Positions 13,422 through 27,700 of a stretch of DNA of 64,000 nt are shown here, in pieces. The notes under the pieces were generated by a model. The model was not told the DNA's origin and did not search any database. It worked only from the letters and a program-made list of their open reading frames with translations. Source of the stretch: the human T2T-CHM13v2.0 reference genome, Homo sapiens; NCBI RefSeq assembly GCF_009914755.1, contig NC_060925.1; one strand, written 5' to 3'. Every line of letters starts with the position of its first letter. Position 1 is the first letter of the stretch. The position numbers and the translations under genes were made by a program.

Positions 13422-16400
13422 AATGGAATCGAATAGAATTATGGAATGAAATCCAGTGTGATCATCATCGAATGGACCCGAATGGAATCATCATCCAACG
13501 GAAGCTAATGGAATCAACATCGAATGAATCGAATGGAAACACCATCGAATTGAAACGAATGGAATTATCATGAAATTGAAATGGATGGACTCATCATCGA
13601 ATGGATTCGAATGGAATCATCGAATAAAATTGATTGAAATCATCATCCAATGGAATCGAATGGTATCATTGAATGGAATCGAATGGAATCATCATCAGAT
13701 GGAAATGAATGGAATCGTCATAGAATGGAATCCAATGGATTCATTGAATGGAATCAGATGGAATCATCGAATGGACTGGAATGGAATCATTGAATGGACT
13801 CGAAAGGGATCATGATTGAATGGAATTGAATGGAATCATCGAATGGTCTCGATTGGAATCATTATCAAATGGAATCGAATGGAATCACCGAATAGAATCG
13901 AATGGAACAATCATCGAATGGACTCAAATGGAATTATCCTCCAATGGAATCGAATGGAATTATCGAATGCAATCGAATGGAATTATCGAATGCAATCGAA
14001 TAGAATCATCGAATGGACTCGAATGGAATCATTGAATGGAATGGAATGGAACAGTCAATGAACTCGAATGGAATCATCATTGAATGGAATCGAATGGAAT
14101 CATCGAGTGGAATCGAATGGAATTATGATCAAATGGAATCGAATGTAATCATCATCAAATGGAATCAAAAATAACCATCATCAATTGGTATTGAATGGAA
14201 TTGTCATCAAATGGAATTCAAAGGAATCATCATCAAATGGAACCGAATGGAATCCTCATTGAATGGAAATGAAAGGGGTCATCATCTAATGGAATCGCAT
14301 GGAATCATCATCAAATGGAATCGAATGGAATCATCATCAAATGGAATCTGATGGAATCATTGAACAGAATTGAATGGAATCGTCATCGAATGAATTGAAT
14401 GCAATCATCGAATGGTCTCGAATGGAATCATCTTCTAATGGAAAGGAATGGAATCATCGCATAGAATCGAATGGAATTATCATCGAATGGAATCGAATGG
14501 TATCAACACCAAACGGAAAAAAACGGAATTATCGAATGGAATCGAAGAGAATCTTCGAACGGATCCGAATGGAATCATCTAATGGAATGGAATGGAATAA
14601 TCCATGGACTCGAATGCAATCATCATCGAATGGAATCGAATGGAATCATCGAATGGACTCGAATGGAATAATCATTGAACGGAATCGAATGGAATCATTA
14701 TCAGATGGAAACGAATGGAATCATCATCGAATGGAAATGAAAGGAGTCATCATCTAATGGAATTGCATGGAATCATCATAAAATGGAATCGAATGGAATC
14801 AACATCAAATGGAATCAAATGGAATCATTGAACGGAATTGAATGGAATCGTCATCGAATAAATTGACTGCAATCATCGAATGGTCTCGAATGGAATCATC
14901 TTCAAATGGAATGGAATGGAATCATCGCATAGAATCGAATGGAATCATCATCGAATGGAATCGAATGGAATCAACATCAAACGGAAAAAAACGGAATTAT
15001 CGTATGGAATCGAAGAGAATCATCGAATGGACCCGAATGGAATCATCTAATGGAATGGAATGGAATAATCCATGGACTCGAATGCAATCATCATCGAATG
15101 GAATCGAATGGAATCATCGAATGGACTCGAATGGAATAATCATTGAACGGAATCGAATGGAATCATCATCGGATGGAAATGAATGGAATCATCATCGAAT
15201 GGAATCGAATAGAATTATGGAATGAAATCCAGTGTGATCATCATCGAATGGACCCGAATGGAATCATCATCCAATGGAAGCTAATGGAATCAACATCGAA
15301 TGAATCGAATGGAAACACCATCGAATTGAAACGAATGGAATTATCATGAAATTGAAATGGATGGACTCATCATCGAATGGATTCGAATGGAATCATCGAA
15401 TAAAATTGATTGAAATCATCATCGAATGGAATCGAATGGTATCATTGAATGGAATCGAATGGAATCATCATCAGATGGAAATGAATGGAATCGTCATAGA
15501 ATGGAATCGAATGGATTCATTGAATGGAATCAGATGGAATCATCGAATGGACTGGAATGGAATCATTGAATGGACTCGAAAGGGATCATGATTGAATGGA
15601 ATTGAATGGAATCATCGAATGGTCTCGATTGGAATCATTATCAAATGGAATCGAATGGAATCACCGAATAGAATCGAATGGAACAATCATCGAATGGACT
15701 CAAATGGAATTATCCTCAAATGGAATCGAATGGAATTATCGAATGCAATCGAATGGAATTATCGAATGCAATCGAATAGAATCATCGAATGGACTCGAAT
15801 GGAATCATCGAATGGAATGGAATGGAACAGTCAATGAACTCGAATGGAATCATCATTGAATGGAATCGAATGGAATCATCGAGTGGAATCGAATGGAATT
15901 ATGATCAAATGGAATCGAATGTAATCATCATGAAATGGAATCAAAAATAACCATCATCAATTGGTATTGAATGGAATTGTCATCAAATGGAATTCAAAGG
16001 AATCATCATCAAATGGAACCGAATGGAATCCTCATTGAATGGAAATGAAAGGGGTCATCATCTAATGGAATCGCATGGAATCATCATCAAATGGAATCAA
16101 ATGGAATCATCATCAAATGGAATCTAATGGAATCATTGAACAGAATTGAATGGAATCGTCATCGAATGAATTGAATGCAATCATCGAATGGTCTCGAATG
16201 GAATCATCTTCTAATGGAAAGCAATGGAATCATCGCATACAATCGAATGGAATTATCATCGAATGGAATCGAATGGTATCAACACCAAACGGAAAAAAAC
16301 GGAATTATCGAATGGAATCAAAGAGAATCTTCTAACGGACCCGAATGGAATCATCTAATGGAATGGAATGGAATAATCCATGGACTCGAATGCAATCATC

Positions 16401-19400
16401 ATCGAATGGAATCGAATGGAATCATCGAATGGACTCGAATGGAATAATCATTGAACGGAATCGAATGGAATCATCATCGGATGGAAACGAATGGAATCAT
16501 CATCGAATGGAAATGAAAGGAGTCATCATCTAATGGAATTGCATGGAATCATCATAAAATGGAATCGAATGGAATCAACATCAAATGGAATCAAATGGAA
16601 TCATTGAACGGAATTGAATGGAATCGTCATCGAATGAATTGACTGCAATCATCGAATGGTCTCGAATGGAATCATCTTCAAATGGAATGGAATGGAATCA
16701 TCCCATAGAATCGAATGGAATTATCATCGAATGGAATCGAATGGAATCAACATCAAACGGAAAAAAACGGAATTATCGAATGGAATCGAAGAGAATCATC
16801 GAATGGACCCGAATGGAATCATCTAATGGAATGGAATGGAATAATCCATGGACTCGAATGCAATCATCATCGAATGGAATCGAATGGAATCATCGAATGG
16901 ACTCGAATGGAATAATCATTGAACGGAATCGAATGGAATCATCATCGGATGGAAATGAATGGAATCATCATCGAATGGAATCGAATAGAATTATGGAATG
17001 AAATCCAGTGTGATCATCATCAAATGGACCCGAATGGAATCATCATCCAACGGAAGCTAATGGAATCAACATCGAATGAATCGAATGGAAACACCATCGA
17101 ATTGAAACGAATGGAATTATCATGAAATTGAAATGGATGGACTCATCATCGAATGGATTCGAATGGAATCATCGAATAAAATTGATTGAAATCATCATCC
17201 AATGGAATCGAATGGTATCATTGAATGGAATCGAATGGAATCATCATCAGATGGAAATGAATGGAATCGTCATAGAATGGAATCGAATGGATTCATTGAA
17301 TGGAATCAGATGGAATCATCGAATGGACTGGAATGGAATCATTGAATGGACTCGAAAGGGATCATTATTGAATGGAATTGAATGGAATCATCGAATGGTC
17401 TCGATTGGAATCATTATCAAATGGAATCGAATGGAATCACCGAATAGAATCGAATGGAACAATCATCGAATGGACTCAAATGGAATTATCCTCCAATGGA
17501 ATCGAATGGAATTATCGAATGCAATCGAATGGAATTATCGAATGCAATCGAATAGAATCATCGAATGGACTCGAATGGAATCATCGAATGGAATGGAATG
17601 GAACAGTCAATGAACTCGAATGGAATCATCATTGAATGGAATCGAATGGAATCATCGAGTGGAATCGAATGGAATTATGATCAAATGGAATCGAATGTAA
17701 TCATCATCAAATGGAATCAAAAATAACCATCATCAATTGGTATTGAATGGAATTGTCATCAAATGGAATTCAAAGGAATCATCATCAAATGGAACCGAAT
17801 GGAATCCTCATTGAATGGAAATGAAAGGGGTCATCATCTAATGGAATCGCATGGAATCATCATCAAATGGAATCGAATGGAATCATCATCAAATGGAATC
17901 TAATGGAATCATTGAACAGAATTGAATGGAATCGTCATCGAATGAATTGAATGCAATCATCGAATGGTCTCGAATGGAATCATCTTCTAATGGAAAGGAA
18001 TGGAATCATCGCATAGAATCGAATGGAATTATCATCGAATGGAATCGAATGGTATCAACACCAAACGGAAAAAAACGGAATTATCGAATGGAATCGAAGA
18101 GAATCTTCGAACGGACCCGAATGGAATCATCTAATGGAATGGAATGGAATAATCCATCGACTCGAATGCAATCATCATCGAATGGAATCGAATGGAATCA
18201 TCGAATGGACTCGAATGGAATAATCATTGAACGGAATCGAATGGAATCATCATCGGATGGAAACGAATGGAATCATCATCGAATGGAAATGAAAGGAGTC
18301 ATCATCTAATGGAATTGCATGGAATCATCATAAAATGGAATCGAATGGAATCAACATCAAATGGAATCAAATGGAATCATTGAACGGAATTGAATGGAAT
18401 CGTCATCGAATGAATTGACTGCAATCATCGAATGGTCTCGAATGGAATCATATTCAAATGGAATGGAATGGAATCATCCCATAGAATCGAATGGAATTAT
18501 CATAGAATGGAATCGAATGGAATCAACATCAAACGGAAAAAAACGGAATTATCGAATGGAATCGAAGAGAATCATCGAATGGACCCGAATGGAATCATCT
18601 AATGGAATGGAATGGAATAATCCATGGACTCGAATGCAATCATCATCGAATGGAATCGAATGGAATCATCGAATGGACTCGAATGGAATAATCATTGAAC
18701 GGAATCGAATGGAATCATCATCGGATGGAAATGAATGGAATCATCATCGAATGGAATCGAATAGAATTATGGAATGAAATCCAGTGTGATCATCATCGAA
18801 TGGACCCGAATGGAATCATCATCCAACGGAAGCTAATGGAATCAACATCGAATGAATCGAATGGAAACACCATCGAATTGAAACGAATGGAATTATCATG
18901 AAACTGAAATGGATGGACTCATCATCGAATGGATTCGAATGGAATCATCGAATAAAATTGATTGAAATCATCATCGAATGGAATCGAATGGTATCATTGA
19001 ATGGAATCGAATGGAATCATCATCAGATGGAAATGAATGGAATCGTCATAGAATGGAATCGAATGGATTCATTGAATGGAATCAGATGGAATCATCGAAT
19101 GGACTGGAATGGAATCATTGAATGGACTCGAAAGGGATCATGATTGAATGGAATTGAATGGAATCATCGAATGGTCTCGATTGGAATCATTATCAAATGG
19201 AATCGAATGGAATCACCGAATAGAATCGAATGGAACAATCATCGAATGGACTCAAATGGAATTATCCTCAAATGGAATCGAATGGAATTATCGAATGCAA
19301 TCGAATGGAATTATCGAATGCAATCGAATAGAATCATCGAATGGACTCGAATGGAATCATCGAATGGAATGGAATGGAACAGTCAATGAACTCGAATGGA

Positions 19401-22400
19401 ATCATCATTGAATGGAATCGAATGGAATCATCGAGTGGAATCGAATGGAATTATGATCAAATGGAATCGAATGTAATCATCATCAAATGGAATCAAAAAT
19501 AACCATCATCAATTGGTATTGAATGGAATTGTCATCAAATGGAATTCAAAGGAATCATCATCAAATGGAACCGAATGGAATCCTCATTGAATGGAAATGA
19601 AAGGGGTCATCATCTAATGGAATCGCATGGAATCATCATCAAATGGAATCGAATGGAATCATCATCAAATGGAATCTAATGGAATCATTGAACAGAATTG
19701 AATGGAATCGTCATCAAATGAATTGAATGCAATCATCGAATGGTCTCGAATGGAATCATCTTCTAATGGAAAGGAATGGAATCATCGCATAGAATCGAAT
19801 GGAATTATCATCGAATGGAATCGAATGGTATCAACACCAAACGGAAAAAAACGGAATTATCGAATGGAATCGAAGAGAATCTTCGAACGGACCCGAATGG
19901 AATCATCTAATGGAATGGAATGGAATAATCCATGGACTCGAATGCAATCATCATCGAATGGAATGGAATGGAATCATCGAATGGACTCGAATGGAATAAT
20001 CATTGAACGGAATCGAATGGAATCATCATCGGATGGAAACGAATGGAATCATCATCGAATGGAAATGAAAGGAGTCATCATCTAATGGAATTGCATGGAA
20101 TCATCATAAAATGGAATCGAATGGAATCAACATCAAATGGAATCAAATGGAATCATTGAACGGAATTGAATGGAATCGTCATCGAATGAATTGACTGCAA
20201 TCATCGAATGGTCTCGAATGGAATCATCTTCAAATGGAATGGAATGGAATCATCGCATAGAATCGAATGGAATTATCATCAAATGGAATCGAATGGAATC
20301 AACATCAAACGGAAAAAAACAGAATTATCGTATGGAATCGAAGAGAATCATCGAATGGACCCGAATGGAATCATCTAATGGAATGGAATGGAATAATCCA
20401 TGGACTCGAATGCAATCATCATCGAATGGAATCGAATGGAATCATCGAATGGACTCGAATGGAATAATCATTGAACGGAATCGAATGGAATCATCATCGG
20501 ATGGAAATGAATGGAATCATCATCGAATGGAATCGAATAGAATTATGGAATGAAATCCAGTGTGATCATCATCGAATGGACCCGAATGGAATCATCATCC
20601 AACGGAAGCTAATGGAATCAACATCGAATGAATCGAATGGAAACACCATCGAATTGAAACGAATGGAATTATCATGAAATTGAAATGGATGGACTCATCA
20701 TCGAATGGATTCGAATGGAATCATCGAATAAAATTGATTGAAATCATCATCAAATGGAATCGAATGGTATCATTGAATGGAATCGAATGGAATCATCATC
20801 AGATGGAAATGAATGGAATCGTCATAGAATGGAATCGAATGGATTCATTGAATGGAATCAGATGGAATCATCGAATGGACTGGAATGGAATCATTGAATG
20901 GACTCGAAAGGGATCATTATTGAATGGAATTGAATGGAATCATCGAATGGTCTCGATTGGAATCATTACCAAATGGAATCGAATGGAATCACCGAATAGA
21001 ATCGAATGGAACAATCATCGAATGGACTCAAATGGAATTATCCTCAAATGGAATCGAATGGAATTATCGAATGCAATCGAATGGAATTATCGAATGCAAT
21101 CGAATAGAATCATCGAAAGGACTCGAATGGAATCATCGAATGGAATGGAATGGAACAGTCAATGAACTCGAATGGAATCATCATTGAATGGAATCGAATG
21201 GAATCATCGAGTGGAATCGAATGGAATTATGATCAAATGGAATCGAATGTAATCATCATCAAATGGAATCAAAAAGAACCATCATCAATTGGTATTGAAT
21301 GGAATTGTCATCAAATGGAATTCAAAGGAATCATCATCAAATGGAACCGAATGGAATCCTCATTGAATGGAAATGAAAGGGGTCATCATCTAATGGAATC
21401 GCATGGAATCATCATCAAATGGAATCGAATGGAATCATCATCAAATGGAATCTAATGGAATCATTGAACAGAATTGAATGGAATCGTCATCGAATGAATT
21501 GAATGCAATCATCGAATGGTCTCGAATGGAATCATCTTCTAATGGAAAGGAATGGAATCATCGCATAGAATCGAATGGAATTATCATCGAATGGAATCGA
21601 ATGGTATCAACACCAAACGGAAAAAAACGGAATTATCGAATGGAATCGAAGAGAATCTTCGAACGGACACGAATGGAATCATCTAATGGAATGGAATGGA
21701 ATAATCCATGGACTCGAATGCAATCATCATCGAATGGAATCGAATGGAATCATCGAATGGACTCGAATGGAATAATCATTGAACGGAATCAAATGGAATC
21801 ATTATCGGATGGAAACGAATGGAATCATCATCGAATGGAAATGAAAGGAGTCATCATCTAATGGAATTGCATGGAATCATCATAAAATGGAATCGAATGG
21901 AATCAACATCAAATGGAATCAAATGGAATCATTGAACGGAATTGAATGGAATCGTCATCGAATGAATTGACTGCAATCATCGAATGGTCTCGAATGGAAT
22001 CATCTTCAAATGGAATGGAATGGAATCATCGCATAGAATCGAATGGAATTATCATCGAATGGAATCGAATGGAATCAACATCAAACGGAAAAAAACAGAA
22101 TTATCATATGGAATCGAAGAGAATCATCGAAGGGACCCGTATGGAATCATCTAATGGAATGGAATGGAATAATCCATGGACTCGAATGCAATCATCATCG
22201 AATGGAATCGAATGGAATCATCGAATGGACTCGAATGGAATAATCATTGAACGGAATCGAATGGAATCATCATCGGATGGAAATGAATGGAATCATCATC
22301 GAATGGAATCGAATAGAATTATGGAATGAAATCCAGTGTGATCATCATCGAATGGACCCGAATGGAATCATCATCTAACGGAAGCTAATGGAATCAACAT

Positions 22401-23253
22401 CGAATGAATCAAATGGAAACACCATCGAATTGAAACGAATGGAATTATCATGAAATTGAAATGGATGGACTCATCATCGAATGGATTCGAATGGAATCAT
22501 CGAATAAAATTGATTGAAATCATCATCCAATGGAATCGAATGGTATCATTGAATGGAATCGAATGGAATCATCATCAGATGGAAATGAATGGAATCGTCA
22601 TAAAATGGAATCGAATGGATTCATTGAATGGAATCAGATGGAATCATCGAATGGACTGGAATGGAATCATTGAATGGACTCGAAAGGGATCATTATTGAA
22701 TGGAATTGAATGGAATCATCGAATGGTCTCGATTGGAATCATTATCAAATGGAATCGAATGGAATCACCGAACAGAATCGAATGGAACAATCATCGAATG
22801 GACTCAAATGGAATTATCCTCCAATGGAATCGAATGGAATTATCGAATGCAATCGAATGGAATTATCGAATGCAATCGAATAGAATCATCGAATGGACTC
22901 GAATGGAATCATCGAATGGAATGGAATGGAACAGTCAATGAACTCGAATGGAATCATCATTGAATGGAATCGAATGGAATCATCGAGTGGAATCGAATGG
23001 AATTATGATCAAATGGAATCGAATGTAATCATCATCAAATGGAATCAAAAATAACCATCATCAATTGGTATTGAATGGAATTGTCATCAAATGGAATTCA
23101 AAGGAATCATCATCAAATGGAACCGAATGGAATCCTCATTGAATGGAAATGAAAGGGGTCATCATCTAATGGAATCGCATGGAATCATCATCAAATGGAA
23201 TCGAATGGAATCATCATCAAATGGAATCTAATGGAATCATTGAACAGAATTGA
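12598..23253 (+). repeat. Run of six canonical 1,776-bp units without indels
   Basis: Subunit-A starts at 12598, 14374, 16150, 17926, 19702, 21478 and 23254 are each exactly 1,776 bp apart; units differ only by substitutions. Confidence 0.95.
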
Positions 23254-24784
23254 ATGGAATCGTCATCGAATGAATTGAATGCAATCATCGAATGGTCTCG
23301 AATGGAATCATCTTCTAATGGAAAGGAATGGAATCATCGCATAGAATCGAATGGAATTATCATCGAATGGAATCGAATGGTATCAACACCAAACGGAAAA
23401 AAACGGAATTATCGAATGGAATCGAAGAGAATCTTCGAACGGACCCGAATGGAATCATCTAATGGAATGGAATGGAATAATCCATGGACTCGAATGCAAT
23501 CATCATCGAATGGAATCGAATGGAATCATCGAATGGACTCGAATGGAATAATCATTGAACGGAATCGAATGGAATCATCATCGGATGGAAACGAATGGAA
23601 TCATCATCGAATGGAAATGAAAGGAGTCATCATCTAATGGAATTGCATGGAATCATCATAAAATGGAATCGAATGGAATCAACATCAAATGGAATCAAAT
23701 GGAATCATTGAGCGGATTTGAATGGAATCGTCATCGAATGAATTGACTGCAATCATCGAATGGTCTCGAATGGAATCATCTTCAAATGGAATGGAATGGA
23801 ATCATCGCATAGAATCGAATGGAATTATCATCAAATGGAATCGAATGGAATCAACATCAAACGGAAAAAAACAGAATTATCGTATGGAATCGAAGAGAAT
23901 CATCGAATGGACCCGAATGGAATCATCTAATGGAATGGAATGTTATAATCCATGGACTCGAATGCAATCATCATCGAATGGAATCGAATGGAGTCATCGA
24001 ATGGACTCGAATGGAATAATCATTGAACGGAATCGAATGGAATCATCATCGGATGGAAACGAATGGAATCATCATCGAATGGAAATGAAAGGAGTCATCA
24101 TCTAAAGGAATTGCATGGAATCATCATAAAATGGAATCGAATGGAATCAACATCAAATGGAATCAAATGGAATCATTGAACGGAATTGAATGGAATCGTC
24201 ATCGAATGAATTGACTGCAATCATCGAATGGTCTCGAATGGAATCATCTTCAAATGGAATGGAATGGAATCATCGCATAGAATCGAATGGAATTATCATC
24301 GAATGGAATCGAATGGAATCAACATCAAACGGAAAAAAACGGAATTATCGAATGGAATCGAAGAGAATCATCGAATGGACCCGAATGGAATCATCTAATG
24401 GAATGGAATGGAATAATCCATGGACTCGAATGCAATCATCATCGAATGGAATCGAATGGAATCATCGAATGAACTCGAATGGAATCATCATTGAATGGAA
24501 TCGAATGGAATCATCGAGTGGAATCGAATGGAATTATGATCAAATGGAATGGAATGTAATCATCATCAAATGGAATCAAAAATAACCATCATCAATTGGT
24601 ATTGAATGGAATTGTCATCAAATGGAATTCAAAGGAATCATCATCAAATGGAACCGAATGGAATCCTCATTGAATGGAAATGAAAGGGGTCATCATCTAA
24701 TGGAATCGCATGGAATCATCATCAAATGGAATCGAATGGAATCATCATCAAATGGAATCTAATGGAATCATTGAACAGAATTGA
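23254..24784 (+). repeat. 1,531-bp unit: three 468-bp subunits plus the 713-bp deletion
   Basis: Subunit starts at 23254, 23722 and 24190; short-unit junction at ~24468. Confidence 0.9.
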
Positions 24785-27700
24785 ATGGAATCGTCATCGA
24801 ATGAATTGAATGCAATCATCGAATGGTCTCGAATGGAATCATCTTCTAATGGAAAGGAATGGAATCATCGCATAGAATCGAATGGAATTATCATCGAATG
24901 GAATCGAATGGTATCAACACCAAACGGAAAAAAACGGAATTATCGAATGGAATCGAAGAGAATCTTCGAACGGACCCGAATGGAATCATCTAATGGAATG
25001 GAATGGAATAATCCATGGACTCGAATGCAATCATCATCGAATGGAATCGAATGGAATCATCGAATGGACTCGAATGGAATAATCATTGAACGGAATCGAA
25101 TGGAATCATCATCGGATGGAAACGAATGGAATCATCATCGAATGGAAATGAAAGGAGTCATCATCTAATGGAATTGCATGGAATCATCATAAAATGGAAT
25201 CGAATGGAATCAACATCAAATGGAATCAAATGGAATCATTGGACGGAATTGAATGGAATCGTCATCGAATGAATTGAATGCAATCATCGAATGGTCTCGA
25301 ATGGAATCATCTTCAAATGGAATGGAATGGAATCATCGCATAGAATCGAATGGAATTATCATCGAATGGAATCGAATGGAATCAACATCCAACGGAAAAA
25401 AACGGAATTATCGAATGGAATCGAAGAGAATCATCGAATGGACCCGAATGGAATCATCTAATGGAATGGAATGGAATAATCCATGGACTCGAATGCAATC
25501 ATCATCGAATGGAATCGAATGGAATCATCGAATGGACTCGAATGGAATAATCATTGAACGGAATCGAATGGAATCATCATCGGATGGAAATGAATGGAAT
25601 CATCATCGAATGGAATCGGATAGAATTATGGAATGAAATCCAGTGTGATCATCATCGAATGGACCCGAATGGAATCATCATCCAACGGAAGCTAATGGAA
25701 TCAACATCGAATGAATCAAATGGAAACACCATCGAATTGAAACGAATGGAATTATCATGAAATTGAAATGGATGGACTCATCATCGAATGGATTCGAATG
25801 GAATCATCGAATAAAATTGATTGAAATCATCATCCAATGGAATCGAATGGTATCATTGAATGGAATCGAATGGAATCATCATCAGATGGAAATGAATGGA
25901 ATCGTCATAGAATGGAATCGAATGGATTCATTGAATGGAATCAGATGGAATCATCGAATGGACTGGAATGGAATCATTGAATGGACTCGAAAGGGATCAT
26001 TATTGAATGGAATTGAATGGAATCATTGAATGGTCTCGATTGGAATCATTATCAAATGGAATCGAATGGAATCACCGAATACAATCGAATGGAACAATCA
26101 TCGAATGGACTCAAATGGAATTATCCTCAAATGGAATCGAATGGAATTATCGAATGCAATCGAATGGAATTATCGAATGCAATGGAATAGAATCATCGAA
26201 TGGACTCGAATGGAATCATCGAATGGAATGGAATGGTACAGTCAATGAACTCGAATGGAATCATCATTGAATGGAATCGAATGGAATCATCGAGTGGAAT
26301 CGAATGGAATTATGATCAAATGGAATCGAATGTAATCATCATCAAATGGAATCAAAAATAACCATCATCAATTGGTATTGAATGGAATTGTCATCAAATG
26401 GAATTCAAAGGAATCATCATCAAATGGAACCGAATGGAATCCTCATTGAATGGAAATGAAAGGGGTCATCATCTAATGGAATCGCATGGAATCATCATCA
26501 AATGGAATCGAATGGAATCATCATCAAATGGAATCTAATGGAATCATTGAACAGAATTGAATGGAATCGTCATCGAATGAATTGAATGCAATCATCGAAT
26601 GGTCTCGAATGGAATCATCTTCTAATGGAAAGGAATGGAATCATCGCATAGAATCGAATGGAATTATCATCGAATGGAATCGAATGGTATCAACACCAAA
26701 CGGAAAAAAAACGGAATTATCGAATGGAATCGAAGAGAATCTTCGAACGGACCCGAATGGAATCATCTAATGGAATGGAATGGAATAATCCATGGACTCG
26801 AATGCAATCATCATCGAATGGAATCGAATGGAATCATCGAATGGACTCGAATGGAATAATCATTGAACGGAATCGAATGGAATCATCATCGGATGGAAAC
26901 GAATGGAATCATCATCGAATGGAAATGAAAGGAGTCATCATCTAATGGAATTGCATGGAATCATCATAAAATGGAATCGAATGGAATCAACATCAAATGG
27001 AATCAAATGGAATCATTGAACGGAATTGAATGGAATCGTCATCGAATGAATTGACTGAAATCATCGAATGGTCTCGAATGGAATCATCTTCAAATGGAAT
27101 GGAATGGAATCATCGCATAGAATCGAATGGAATTATCATCGAATGGAATCGAATGGAATCAACATCCAACGGAAAAAAACGGAATTATCGAATGGAATCG
27201 AAGAGAATCATCGAATGGACCCGAATGGAATCATCTAATGGAATGGAATGGAATAATCCATGGACTCGAATGCAATCATCATCGAATGGAATCGAATGGA
27301 ATCATCGAATGGACTCGAATGGAATAATCATTGAACGGAATCGAATGGAATCATCATCGGATGGAAATGAATGGAATCATCATCGAATGGAATCGAATAG
27401 AATTATGGAATGAAATCCAGTGTGATCATCATCGAATGGACCCGAATGGAATCATCATCCAACGGAAGCTAATGGAATCAACATCGAATGAATCGAATGG
27501 AAACACCATCGAATTGAAACGAATGGAATTATCATGAAATTGAAATGGATGGACTCATCATCGAATGGATTCGAATGGAATCATCGAATAAAATTGATTG
27601 AAATCATCATCCAATGTAATCGAATGGTATCATTGAATGGAATCGAATGGAATCATCATCAGATGGAAATGAATGGAATCGTCATAGAATGGAATCGAAT

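Noticed and set aside
26700-26712. A8 versus A7 run (1,777-bp unit) and other 1-bp indels (~33332, ~53778)
   Set aside because: Single-base indels cannot be distinguished from sequencing or consensus error without reads.
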